Source: Lama glama (Eukaryota). From it: DNA of 64,000 bases. Location of the stretch: contig CM052816.1 of NCBI GenBank assembly GCA_028534125.1, forward strand, positions 66,900,001 through 66,964,000, given 5' to 3'. Within the stretch, counting starts at the first letter, position 1, and each line of letters starts with the position of its first letter. Shown here piece by piece: positions 12,765-25,085 of this stretch. The notes below the pieces were generated by a model. The model ran no database searches, was not told the DNA's origin, and was given only the letters and a program-made list of their open reading frames with translations. The position numbers and the translations under genes are program-made.

Positions 12765-13450
12765 ACAAATCTGAACAGGCTACCTCTCTAATTAAATTGT
12801 TTTGACGGTTCCCTCTTGTTCTTGGGATAAACAATCTTTTGTGTGGCCCATGAAGGGCCTGAACAAAATGACCCAGGCTCCCACACACTATCTCCTAGTG
12901 CCCCATTGACCCTCTTTCTATTCCTCCAATATCTCATGCTCTTTCCCACCTCAGGTACATTACACAGGCTGTCTCTTCTGCCTGGTATTATCTTCCACCA
13001 CGATGGACCTGGTCAACCCCTGTGTATACTTCAGATTTCAGCACAAATAATACTTCTCTCTGTTTTCCACTGGGCCATGCATCCTCCCCCTTCAAGTCCT
13101 AGAACACCACCCCTTGACCTTTTTGTTCATTACTGATCATCCTTAAAAATTCAGCTCACAAGTCACCTCCACGGGAAAGCCTTCCTTCACCACCACTCCT
13201 CTGGACTGGTTAGATCTCCCTATTCTATTTTCTCCTAGCACACTGTGCTCCTCTTTAATAGTCCTTATCACAGTTCTACTAAATGGACACCAACTTGTGT
13301 GATATCCAATTCTCCCACTAGAATGAACGTCCTTGTGTGTCCAATCCCTCCACTAGATGAATGTTCCTCAAGTGAGAAGGTGCATTTAGTAGTAGTTGTT
13401 TGCCCAGCATAATGCTTAGGCAAGTACTGAGGCCCTCATTTAATGACCCT
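12765..13450 (+). mobile_element. L2 LINE fragments
   Basis: ctttctattcctccaatatctcatgctctttcccacctcagg..., cagctcacaagtcacctccacgggaaagccttcc, tcccactagaatgaac are typical L2 3' motifs. Confidence 0.7.
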
Positions 13451-14209
13451 GAGTGGATGTTGCATGTAAATACTTATCCCTGTTCTGACCGGGCTAAGTG
13501 CTCAATTTATCACATCTTTTAGAATAATAGATCTTTCTATAAAAGCACAATCAACAGAAATCCTTATGTATTAGTCTTTCAATTATTTATTGTGAATAAT
13601 ACATCTCAAGCACTTACTCTGAGCAAGACACCACACTCAGAATAGCATTAGATGGAAAACTAAATGAGAAGCAGTCCCACCTCCTGGGAGCTTATCAGGA
13701 GTGAAAAGATAATGAGTAAGTAAATAGCTTTAATCCAAGGTAAAGTATGTGAAGAATCACAACACAGGTCCAAAATTTACCCCCAAATTTCTGTCTTCAA
13801 AGTTTCTAAAAATTACAAAGCCTTCAAAGAAAGAAAATACCTGACTTGGGGATGGGAAAGGCTTAATGGAAGACATGGATTTTGGTGGCTAGATAGAAAT
13901 TTTAGGAAGCAAAGCAAGCATGAATGTAAGTAGCATATTTCAGGAAAAGAGATGAACATGAGCAAGGTAGAGAGGAATATATGATTTATAATACAGCGTA
14001 GGTAAACTCTATTCATCTCTCAGGTGACTGTTTACCTAAGCGTCCAAAATTTGCTGATAGATCATTTATTAGAATGAGTCTGCCATGCAGACATAAAAAT
14101 TATCACCCTATTAAAATAAATTTATTAAAATCAGTGTACCTAGAGTCCGAGCATATACATGCAGTATCCTTAGACAAATCAATGCTTAACATTTCACCTC
14201 TAATGCATA

Positions 14210-14377
14210 AGGAATTACATTTAATATCTTGTAATAACCTTTCATGAAAAAGAATATGAAAATGAATATATGTATATATACATGCATGACTGGGACATTA
14301 TGCTGTATACCGGAAATTGACACACTGTAACTGACTATACTTCAATAATTAAAAAAAAAAAAAGAAACCAAAAAAAA
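14210..14377 (+). mobile_element. Short L1 3' end (camelid-type) with poly(A) and 34-bp TSD
   Basis: aatatcttgtaataacc...catgcatgactgggacattatgctgtataccggaaattgacacactgtaactgactatacttcaat then A tail; flanks 14176-14209 and 14378-14411 duplicated. Confidence 0.9.
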
Positions 14378-14496
14378 AAATCAGTGCTTAACATTTCACC
14401 TTTAATTCATAGAGTACCTCAAACATTTCTGACATCTTCAAAAGAGAGAAAAATCCAGAAAATATATGTCCCTTCCATCTGGGTAGCTTTAGGTTT

Positions 14497-15127
14497 TGTG
14501 GTGAATTAAATATGAGCACAAAATTCTTTGAGACTCTTCTCACTGAATTCTGAAGTCCAAATCTCTGGCCCTTAAATCTAGATTGGCTCTGTGACTGCCT
14601 TTATTCATAGAATATGGCAAAAGAGATGCTGTGTCAGTTTCCCAGCCAGGCCTTACTTAGGAGACTGGCAACTTCCACTTCTTGCTTCCTGGAATGCTCA
14701 CTCTGGGGAAGGCCAGCCACTGTGGAGGAAATCCAGCTGCTGAGACTGTCACATTGTGAGGAAGTTCGAGCTGGACATTTTGAGAGTCGGCATGGGGAGA
14801 GAAGACCAACCAAAGCCAGACATTCTAGCCATCCCAGGCCAGGTTCTAGACATGTGAGTGAAAAAAAGCCATCCTGGATATGCAGAAGGACCAAGGAACT
14901 CAGATCACAGCCTGATCTGAGGCCACAGATAAAGTGCCCTACCCTTCCAGCCCACTGAGCTACCCAGCAGAGGGCTGGCTATCATAGGGTGGGGGCAGAG
15001 GAGAGGAACAACCCCTGCTGTGCCTATCTGACTTCCTGGCCTATGAAACTGTGTGCATGAGAAAATGATTTCCATCCTCACTGCCACGTTTCAGGGGTAC
15101 TTTGTACACAGCAATAGATAACCAGAG
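14497..15127 (+). mobile_element. MaLR LTR (MLT1G/H-like)
   Basis: tgtggtgaatt...acaaaattctttgagactc...gatgctgtgtcagtttcccag...actggcaacttccacttc...tttgtacacagcaatagataaccaga. Confidence 0.8.
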
Positions 15128-15169
15128 ATGATATTTTCACTGGGATTAGCTGTAAGATATTTTTTTTTT

Positions 15170-15745
15170 TTACAAATGCACTTGCCCTTACTTCTCAAAG
15201 TAGTAGTATTCAAAGCTGTCACTTTGGAAGAATATTTACTTATTTTATAAATTTTCCATGCTGAAAATATTTTTGAAATTTTATTCACAGAAGCATTTTA
15301 TGAGCCAAGAGAAAAAGAGAGGGAGAAATAGGATGAGGAGAAGAAGGGAGGGAGGGAGGGAGGGAGGGAGGGAGGGAAGGAAGGAAGGAAGGAAGGAAGG
15401 AAAGAATATTAATGCTTGTTATTTGATAATCACATCTCAGTTGGAGCTCAAGTAAAGCAATTAACCATATTCTCTAGACTTAGCTCTGGACAGCTTTTCC
15501 TTTTTCCTTTTCTCTGACTGCCTCACAATTTCAAAACCAGTCCTCAAAGATGGAAGAGTTGTCACCCCTGAAAAACGCTAAAAAGAAAGTGCCAGGTGCT
15601 CTCAAGGCAATTCAAAGGGATGAGTTGTTGAAACTTCTGGCTCCTTTTCAGGATGCTCAGCATCGCCAAGGTGTCTGTTTTAAAGGACATGGACTCATGT
15701 GGAGGAATATGATCCACGAGATTAAAAAAAAATCAATACCATTAT
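15170..15745. mobile_element. Mariner DNA transposon remnant (MARNA-like)
   Basis: 15465- translates PYSLDLALDSF (mariner YSPDLAPxDF motif), then LKDGR and ALKAIQRDEL..F..QHR..VCFKG, typical of the mariner transposase C-terminus; the 15190-15280 segment resembles the opposite MARNA arm. Confidence 0.7.
15346..15402. repeat. (GGGA)n(GGAA)n polypurine tract
   Basis: Seen directly. Confidence 0.95.
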
Positions 15746-18349
15746 AAAGGGGCCACTAGAGCCGAACACAACATAACCAGTACAACAGTAAATTAATTTG
15801 CTGAACTTGTTCCTTTTGCAATGTCAAGAAGTCAGTGTCACCATGTAGCTAACTTACCTGCTTATATTTATCCCGAATCTCTTCCGCTATTTGTTGAAAG
15901 AGAATACTTAATTCCACAGAGTGACGTTGGTAGAAATGGTCCTGTCCCTACTATGTGCTTTTGTGTTTTTATTTGTAAAAAGAGAATTATAAAACTCACT
16001 GAAAAAGTCTAATCAGTAGAAATGATGAATGTTTTCAAACTAGCAAGTGCATATTTGGTACATAGCAGGCTGTGGATCTCATATATTCCTGCAAACTAAA
16101 ACCAGCTGTGCACACCTCTTGTTATTGTGCTTCTTTTTTGCTTGTTTTTGTTTTTGATTTAAGAAGGAGCCGTAACAACTTTCTAAAAGGCTTTATCTCT
16201 TTTACCAGGACACATATAAGATGAAGCCTCATTCAAACATCAAGGAACTAATTCTAAACTTAGAAAAATATTTCAGGTAAAGAGAAATAAAGTCAACTAT
16301 TATATAGTTTGCCCAAAGAGAGTTAAATGCAGCATAATTTACATGGTGCCTTGTTTGACAGTAGAAAGAAAAGAGAGATAGGATATGAAAACAACACTAT
16401 TGGCATGATAAATCAGGCAATAACGTTTAGACTACAGGACAATGGTGCTGTGATAAAGTACAGTCATTACTTGGTATTATGAAAATGGGTTTGGGGTAAT
16501 TTTCTTTCTATACCAACATTATGATCATGTTCTAAGCAAAGTAAATGAACCACTATCAGACATTTCGAGTGCTACCTCCTATTAGGCAGGATAAACCAAC
16601 TTCTCTCCTTTATATTCTTCCCCAGTACCTGACTGAAAGCTCTGAACTCGACAAATTCTGTCTCCTCTAGAATTTTAAGTAGCAATAAGCACTTCAGATA
16701 TTTTCACCAAAGGACACGTACGGGCTCTTATGGCATGAAATCCTCCAGGCAGCTGCAGAAAACCTCATATTTTTAAAAAGCAGAAAATTTAGAAGATGAA
16801 CACAAGGGGATCGCCAAGAGTCGAGCTTCAGGAATACCACCTAAAAGACTCAGGAAGAGTCTCAGTGCACATTCAACAGTCCCCCTGTCTTCTACTGGGA
16901 GAAGAAAACCTGAAGTCTGGATAACAGATGCTGCCCACCCTAGGATGCCAACGATAATTGACCACCATGGGAACTGTCCAAGTGATGGGCCATCCTGTAT
17001 TATTAATGTCATTCTCCTTTTCTAACAGGCAACTCATTAAAAACAAAGCAATTTCTTCAAGACTACAGATTTTAAATTCTGTATTGGCAGTTGTATGGCA
17101 CAGAACTCCAGGAGAGCATTTGCATAGGGCAGCTAGCAATGAAAACGAGGAATTCTGCTATCTTGTGTGGTCGATAAAAACGTGTACAACATGTGTTTTC
17201 TGCTGGCCAGAAGCTTCCCCAAAATATCAGTCAGAAATTTCATAGTTTGCTGTAAAGGAATTACCATATTCTAAACCAGATGTAGGAGTAGCCTTCAAAC
17301 CAACATTACAAGCATTACAGTTTGTACAAGCATTACAGTTTGGAAATCTGATAGAGAAAAAAAAGAATAAAAACCACATACTTCTTAATCTTCATCATCA
17401 TTAGCCATACCCACAACTTCCAGAGACCTGAATATGAAACACATACTATATTCAACACTCTCAAAGATAGTGAAACTATATCACAGTTTCTCATGTTATC
17501 ACATGTTGTTTGTTAGCACTTTCACCATTTCATTACCTTTTAACGTGAATATTTTTACAATTGATGTCACTGTATTTTACCTCCAGGTTTTCACCTTTAG
17601 GCCTAAGAAATAAAAGACTCAACTTTGAAAAAGAAATTTTGGCAACACTGAGCTTCCTTCCCAGCACGGCACCCATCAGTGGAACAGAGTATCAGCTCAA
17701 AAGGGCAGTAGAGAATGGATATCCTGTCTTCACCAGCAGGACATTCACTGCCTGGTTCACTCCTTTATGCTGCCTACCTGGCCCTGAAGGCATCTGGGGC
17801 CCTGACTCACACACTCTCCACTCCTGCTGATGGAAAGAATCAAATGAATTTCCAGATTCTTTGGAACCTCTGTGTTTTCATTGTTTCTAAAGTAAACTAC
17901 AAATTAGTACCAGCAGAACAAATTTACAGATTTAACAAAAAGAACTGAAAATAGTTAAGGACGAGCAATCAAAGAACAAACGAAAGTACAATACAACCAC
18001 ACAGTATGATTGAATTAGCAAAAACAAGCTCCCTGCCTTATCTTTAGTGAAAATAGTACATTCATATACTGCTAATGTCAGTGTATTTTGGAATAATCAT
18101 TTGGAAAGCAATTTTACATCACAAGAAAAGTTGATTTATTCATTCACTCATTCAAAAATTTGTTGTTGTTGCTTTTTAATTACAACAGGCCAGGTGTAGG
18201 GACTACAAAGAGAATTAGGAAATAATTGTCAATCAGAAGCAACAAACAAGGATAATGAGATAAAATACACAAAAAAAGTATATACAAGAGGTTCTGGGGA
18301 ATTGGGAAAAGCTGTACAGAAAAGGTGATATTTGGGGCTGGGTTGTGTA

Positions 18350-19112
18350 TTATTCATTCATTCATTTATGCATTCATTCAGCAAGTATTTATTGAGTTCC
18401 TTCTGTATGTGAGGAGCTGTTGTAAGCACCAAAAACTCACCAGTGAACACAAAAATCCCTGCTCCCATGAAGATGACCTTCCAGACAGAGAGACAAACAA
18501 TAAACAATGTAAATAAGCAACACATATAATAGGTTGATAATAAGTGTTAAGGGAAAAGGTAAAAAAGGGTGAGAAGAACAGAGGAGGGTTGACATTTCAG
18601 GTAGGGTGCCCAGGGAGGGCCTCATATGAAGGCCACATTTGATCAAAAGTCTAAGGGAAGTGAAGGGTTGAGCCACACAGATCTATCTGGGCAGAACTTT
18701 CCTGGTCAAACTGCCTGTGTGTGTGAAGGCTCTGAGGGGAGAAAGTGCTTGTGAGGCAGAGCAGGCACACCTGCTGGCTGGAAGGAATGAACGAAGTGGG
18801 GTCAGAAGGACACGTGGGCTTGCGGGTGATGGGCAGCCAGGCTATGTAGGTCAGATAAGCTCTGAGCTTTTTCTTTGAGTGGGATGTCTGGTCACTGGCG
18901 GGTCTGAGCAGAGTGACAGGTCATGTTTATCTATTGATCAGTTTTCTCTGCTCTGCTCAGAAAAAAGGTGGACTGGAAATAGGGAGCATGGTTAGAGTAT
19001 CAACTAGGAGACAGATGATAATGGTTTTGACAAGGGTGGAAACAGTGAAGGAGAGGAGAAATAGTCATATTCAGGGTATATCTTCAAAGCAGTGCTGACA
19101 GAATTTGCCAAT
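18350..19112 (-). mobile_element. L2 LINE (3' end and body)
   Basis: ttcattcattcatt...caagtatttattgagttcc...aaaaatccctgctcccatg...gggagggcctc...gacagaatttgccaatgg; continues after MER21 at about 19680. Confidence 0.85.
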
Positions 19113-19117
19113 GGTGG

Positions 19118-19679
19118 TGCGGTCAGGGTTCCTCAAGACCACTCCCTGTTTCTATGATTTGTTAGGACACACAGGACTCAGTAGATACTTGTACTTGCAG
19201 CTGTGATTTCTTTTTATTTTATTTCTTTTATTTACAGAACTAAATCAGTAAAAGGAAAAGGCACATGAGGAGAAGAATGAAGGAAACCAGGTGCAAGCTT
19301 CCAAGAGTCTTCTCCCCATAGACTCACACAGAATGTGCTTAATTCTTCCAACACTGAATTGTGACAACGTGTGTGAAATGTTGTCCATCAGGAAGTTCAT
19401 TAGAGACTCAGTGCCCAGAGTTTTTATTGGGATCTGGCCACAAAGGTACTCTCTGCCTAACCTGTACAAAAATTCCAGACTCCCAGAAAAAAGCAAGTGT
19501 CCAATATGAACATTGTTTGTACAAACAATTTAGGTACAACAAACCACTCCTATCAGTGAGGTTATGGTGGGAGCCATCTAGAAATTCATATTCCTGACAC
19601 CAGCCAAGGTCTAACCACGCCAGCTGCCCTTTTTAAGGATCACAGTCTTGGGTCCGCTTTGTCAACTCTTTTCTGCACA
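19118..19679 (-). mobile_element. MER21 ERVL LTR nested in L2
   Basis: Reverse complement begins tgtgcagaaaagagttgac (MER21 5' end); internal caagaccactccc...acaggactcag...aaccaggtgcaagcttccaagagtc. Confidence 0.85.
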
Positions 19680-20562
19680 GATAGAATATGAGATGTGAGA
19701 TAAACAGTTGTTCAGGAAGAGAAATGGAGAGCATGAGGGTATTCTAGACAGTAAGAAATGTGATGGAGAAGAAGAGAAAAACATGGTATCTCATTCTTCA
19801 CTTACATGTGTGTAATAAAACACCTTGTAGTATAACAGTGATTCCAGCAGACAGGTCCCTCTCCTTTTGGAGCTTATTTGCATTGTAATAGGAGAGCCAG
19901 ATACTAATCAAATGAGCCTTACATCTGTCATTACCTTACTGACATAGGAGCAGTCAGCCCAGGCAGAGCAAATAGCATAGGAGGAAAGACCCTGGGGTGG
20001 CAAGTTAACACACTCAGTCTACACCTAAAAGAAGGCCAGTGAACAAGAGAATGATGAACAGGAGAATGGGCTTGGACGGGAGTTGTCCACACTTCCTGAG
20101 GCCCTAATTTTGCCAATTATTGATTAACTATCTATTTACTGACATCTCTGCCAAGGACTGGCCCTGCTTCATGCATGCACTCAATAAATATACATTGAGC
20201 ATTTACTAATGTCAGTTATGTGCTTGGCAACAATAACAGTTCCTGACAGCAGGGTGCTCACAGTCCAAGGGAGGAGACATAGTCACTTGGCCTTTCTGTC
20301 TTCTCATAGGTTTGCCCTTCCTCCCCACTCTCATGTCCCAACTAAATCTCCCTCAAACCTAGATCACTACGGGATCCTCTCAGTGATTTTCACTCTCCTA
20401 ATTCACTCTGCAGTCTAAAATCAGATTAGGTTTCTTAAAATATGATTCCAAAATGATGTCTAATACTTAAGAATTTTTAATATTTTTCCTATTTCTCAGA
20501 TTATATTCCACTATCAGAAAATTTTTTTAAGAACTAGCATTTAAGACCCTTCTACATGTGTG

Positions 20563-20564
<2 letters not shown>

Positions 20565-20593
<29 letters not shown>
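20565..20593. repeat. (CA)n microsatellite
   Basis: Seen directly. Confidence 0.95.
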
Positions 20594-21018
20594 TAAACCT
20601 CCCACAATGAGTTTGCTCATTTTTATCATGCCTCCTAATCACATTCTTCCCACCAGAAAAAAAACTTTTCTTGAATCCATTCAGGTGGTCCTAAGTATTT
20701 TGTGGGATATCTCTTGTGCCACATTCTCTACAGATCATTAACTATTTGGTCTACCCTACACTACCCTTCTCCTTTGTACAACATATAAAATCTGCAGAAC
20801 ACAGGCACATCTTTTTCTTCACTCTTCTCTTTGGTGATGTGAATGAAGCACATATATCCAAACATGCCATAAGTTGTCTGAGGATAGGGATATTGTGCTT
20901 TCTAAATTCTAGATTTAGAATCATGCTGGGACATGGTAGGCCACTGAATCAGATTTATTGACTTGATTCTTTGACTTTTCTATCCAAACTTTCAGCCTAG
21001 ATCCCTACCTTATTCATA

Positions 21019-21548
21019 TGTATTAGTTAGCTATTGCTGCATAACATATTACCCCCCAAAATACTGGCTCAAAATAACAAAAAATTATTAGCTCTCAAAG
21101 CTTTTGTGAGTCAGGAATTTGGGAATAGCTTAGCTAGATGATTCTGGCTCAGGGTCTTTCTTGAGAATGCAATCAAGATGTTGGCAGAAGTTTTTAATCT
21201 GAAGGCTTAACTGAGGTTGGAGAATCTGCTTCCAACAGGAGGTATTCATTTGGCTGGCAAGTTGGAGCTGGTTAATAGCAGGAGACCTAACTTCCTCTCC
21301 TCCTGGGATTTCCATGGGGCTACTTGTATGTTCTTATCCCAGGGCATCTGGCTTCATCCAGAGCAAGTAATGCAGAAAGTACAAGACAGAAGCTTTCACG
21401 GATTTGTGACCTAACCTTGCAGAAGTCTGAGTGTCACCTCCATAATATCCTACCTGTCACAATATTCAATGTAGAAAAATATTACACAAGGGCATGGATA
21501 CCAGGAAGCAAGAGTTACTGGAGGCCATCTTGGAGACTGGTTACCACA
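21019..21548 (-). mobile_element. MaLR LTR (MLT1F-like)
   Basis: tgtattagttagctattgctgcataac...gtgagtcaggaatttggg...ggccatcttggagactggttaccaca; flanked by tcata/ccata (possible 5-bp TSD). Confidence 0.85.
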
Positions 21549-23759
21549 CCATATATGATTAAACTTTACTGCATAAGGTTTCTTTTCTGTGCAAAAGTGC
21601 ACAACTTTAAGCAAACAGAATCTGAAGCCAAGTAAAAATATTAACAAAATGAACAACGACTTCAAGCTTTTACATAGGTATTATCACTCTTCAAAAGTAT
21701 GTGTTTACATTGAAAGCACATTAGATATTCAGGATAACCTCCACTCCATGGTATTAAGTAGAAATTGTAAGCACTCTTATTTTCCATCTCTTAGTCTAAA
21801 GCCTCAATTTCTTAATAAAAAAGATAACTTCAACCGCTTAGCATTACACAAACATCTCTTCTTTCTCTTGTCCTCCACAGATCCTCACAATGTCCACTCC
21901 TTTCCTCGATCCTTTAACTTCAGTCCTAACTTTCCAGCTCCAAAGAACAGCCTGTCTTATGTGCAGGCAGGGCAAGCAGCCTGTGTGGAGTTAATGAAAC
22001 TCAAAACCTCCTTCGCCCACTGAAATATTTTCTCCACCTGCTCACTAATGCCTAACATTTTGCAATAAACAGATTCTGATTTTTTTCCCCTGACATGTGG
22101 TTTCTTGCCTCCAGTTAAAAATACCAATACTCTTGGTAAAAGGAATATACTACAATTTTAACAGCTGTCTGTTCATTAGTATGAGTTTTTCGGCGTGTAT
22201 CTCCTGAAAACAAGTTTTTGGAAGTGGGAAGAAGAAAAAGAACACTTGTGGGAGGCAATCCTTCAAAGGGCAAAGTCAGGGTAAAGAAAGGGGAAACCTC
22301 ATGGTACGGAAGGATATACTTCCTCATAATTTTGTCCAGGGTCAACTCTTCTGAGACTTTACCAGGGATAGAAAAGGAACGACCTCTAACCTCAGCTTCG
22401 AACCAACCAAGCTCACTATATTAAACCATATTTCTTCTGTGAGCCATCTGCCAAAGGCCATCAAAATGAGGAAACGGGGATCATCCCTTTAAAAGAAAAA
22501 GAAATGACTGATGATCATAAGCCAAAAAGACGACAGTGCAGAGCTGGGAATGAACTACTTACCGGGTGGCTGGCTTGTGAAATCTTGAGCTAAAGCTTGT
22601 TTATTTTAACAATGACTTTGGTCTGTAAGCTCTTAGCCCTGTTATTTATTCATAACCTTGCAAGGGTCTTGGATTCCTAATTTGCAAGTATAAAAATGAT
22701 AAGCAATTTGCACATGCCAGGTGTCTGGACAAATGCTCTCTATTATCTGCACAAACCAGATGCTCAATGATTTGAACCAAGTCGAACAGAACACACACTG
22801 TTCATTCGCAAGCTGGCCTCACACTCCTACAGAGACCCTGGGTTTTGTAAAGACTGTTCTGTAGCTTTTATCGGTTACGGAAAAACCATTGTCGAAAAAA
22901 TAACGACTTCTCTAGCTGATGTGCTGCTGGCTCTAATGGTGTCCCGTAGAATTTAACGGCCTCAGACCTTTCTTATGATGCTTAACATATGCCCCCAGAA
23001 GACAGACTTAGAATACAGACACTAAAGCCAGGTTTACCCACTGCATCAAAACAGACCTTTTCTATTTCATTTGAACTGATTGCCAGAAGAAAGAGAGCTA
23101 GCACTTATTAACACACCGACCAGAGACCAAGCATCCAGCGAGGAGCTCAAGGCACATTATTTCATTTCCACAACTGATTGGGTCATAAAATACCCAATCT
23201 GATTTGATCATGAGATTCAATTTTTTTCTGCTAAACCAAATTAGACTGTGTTTGGCTTATGTTTTTACTTAGAAGAATAGGCTGTTCTGACAGCAGAAAT
23301 TGAAACAGAATTCAGTTCTCCTATGATGAATGAATTCACAGCCTTACCTTTTTTGCAGCATATTTGTGCTCTCATGCTCATCCACGAGAAGTGCCTACGG
23401 GCCTAGATCTCTGTGCAGGGCAAGGGATGCCGTAAAGTTGTGAAGGAACATGAGGCCGAGCAAGCCTGGAAAAGAAAGATCAAAGCTGGGTTCAACTCTG
23501 TGTAAGAGCGGTCCCCTAGACAGCACTCAAGCAGTCACCTCCAGCATGGAGAAGAGAGTCCACCATCGGGCAAAGCTACGGATAACAACAATTCTCAGAA
23601 TCTGGAAGGGGTGCTCAGATGGGTATCAGGAGGTCTAAGCAGGACAGGAAGGCACAAGAGAAACTTGCTAAGAGTGTTCAGACCATATCCCGGTACACTG
23701 AGGTCTGGGCCAGACTGGAGGAGCCATGTGGAGAGGTCGGAGTCAGAAATACCGTGTGC

Positions 23760-24047
23760 CAGACACACAAAACAAACTTACGGTTCCCGGAGGGTAAAGA
23801 GGGGGATGCAGGGATAAACTGGGAGTTTGCGATTTGTAGATATTAACTACTATATATAAAATACTAAACAACAAGGTCCTATTGTATAGCACAGGGAACT
23901 AGATTCAATATCTTACAATAATCTATAATGAAAAAAGATGAAAAGGAATATTTATGTATGTATAACTGAATCATTATGCTCTACACCAGAAATTAACACA
24001 ACATTGTAAACCAACTATACTTCAATTAAAAAAAAGGAAAAAAAAAA
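23760..24047 (+). mobile_element. Cetartiodactyl-type L1 3' end with poly(A) and 15-bp TSD
   Basis: gggataaactgggagtttg...aacaaggtcctattgtatagcacagggaact...acaacattgtaaaccaactatacttcaatt then A tail; TSD agaaataccgtgtgc (23745-23759) / agaaatcccttgtgc (24048-24062). Confidence 0.9.
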
Positions 24048-24471
24048 AGAAATCCCTTGTGCTGGAGGATAAGGATCAAAGCATAAACCAGGAGCAGAAA
24101 TCACCAAAGACACAAGTGATGTCTCAGGACAGCCTCCATCACCCAGATAACACTAATGTGCTTGCATCTCTGTTCAAACAAGTTATGCTCTGGAAAGAAT
24201 GGCATGCACCTTCATCACCTCAGAGCCTGAAAATGGAGCGTGTCTAGGAGGTCTGTAGCAGATGGAAGAAACTTTAAAGAGGGATGTTTCCTAATGGTAA
24301 ATACCATTCACTAGCACAGAGTTCTCCCAAGGTTGAAGAGAAGCATTCTGCGAGTACATTTTAGGTAGGCCAACATATTGATGCCCTTCCTGGACACGTC
24401 TGGCAAACAGCTGCTTACACCTGTGTCATATTACAATTTTATGTCAATGCTGGAACATATACTGCTCCAGA

Positions 24472-24628
24472 CCAGAGCTTCTCAAATGTTAATATGCACA
24501 GAAATCATCCGAGGTTCTTGATAGAATCCAGATCCCGATTCAGTAGGTCTCAAAATCCTCAAATTCAATAAACTCTCAAGTGATGCAGAGAAGTTGCTAG
24601 TCCTTGGACCACACTTTAAGTACTAAGG
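24472..24628. mobile_element. MER5-type hAT DNA transposon
   Basis: cttctcaaatgttaatatgcacagaaatcatcc...gattcagtaggtct...tctcaagtgatgc...ggaccacactttaagtactaagg. Confidence 0.7.
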
Positions 24629-24887
24629 CCCTACTTTAAAGATAGGGGCCTTATTTTCGTTTTCTATCAACAACTGATACACATACAAATTCAATAATGA
24701 GCTGCACAAAATTGGCATCTGAAAGAACATAGATCTTTATTTTCTTGATGATTTATATATTTGACTAATTTTTTCCATTAAAATCCTAACTTAAGGATTC
24801 CTTCATATTGCAGGCAATTTTTTTTTTTTTGCTTACTCTGGTCACGTCTTCAGGATGGCAAAGTCCATGTAATTCTAAGCTACGCAA

Positions 24888-25085
24888 GATGGCTAAGAAC
24901 ATGGATTCTAGAACCAGACTGATTTCTCCACTGCTAGCTGTGTGACCTTGGGCAGACTATTTAACCTCTCTGAGTCTTAAAGAGAAAATTAAGATAATCA
25001 TAGTACTTCAAAGGGATGTCTTGAAATGTGTCATGTTTAAATGCATTTACAACAGTGCGTGGTACATGGCAATTAGTAGTTGTTA
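24888..25085 (+). mobile_element. MIR SINE
   Basis: ggctaagaacatggattctagaaccagact...ctagctgtgtgaccttgggcagactatttaacctctctgagtc...acagtgcgtggtacatgg. Confidence 0.85.

Noticed and set aside
15857..15946. Perfect minus-strand donor CAG|GTAAGT with upstream open frame (GQDHFYQRHSVELSILFQQIAEEIRDKYKQ)
   Set aside because: The long version lacks a polypyrimidine acceptor and runs into MIR-like sequence; the 29-nt version is not frame-preserving; peptide not recognised.
21589..22023. 144-aa plus-strand ORF
   Set aside because: Non-ATG start, no recognisable domain, and no supporting splice structure; compatible with chance.
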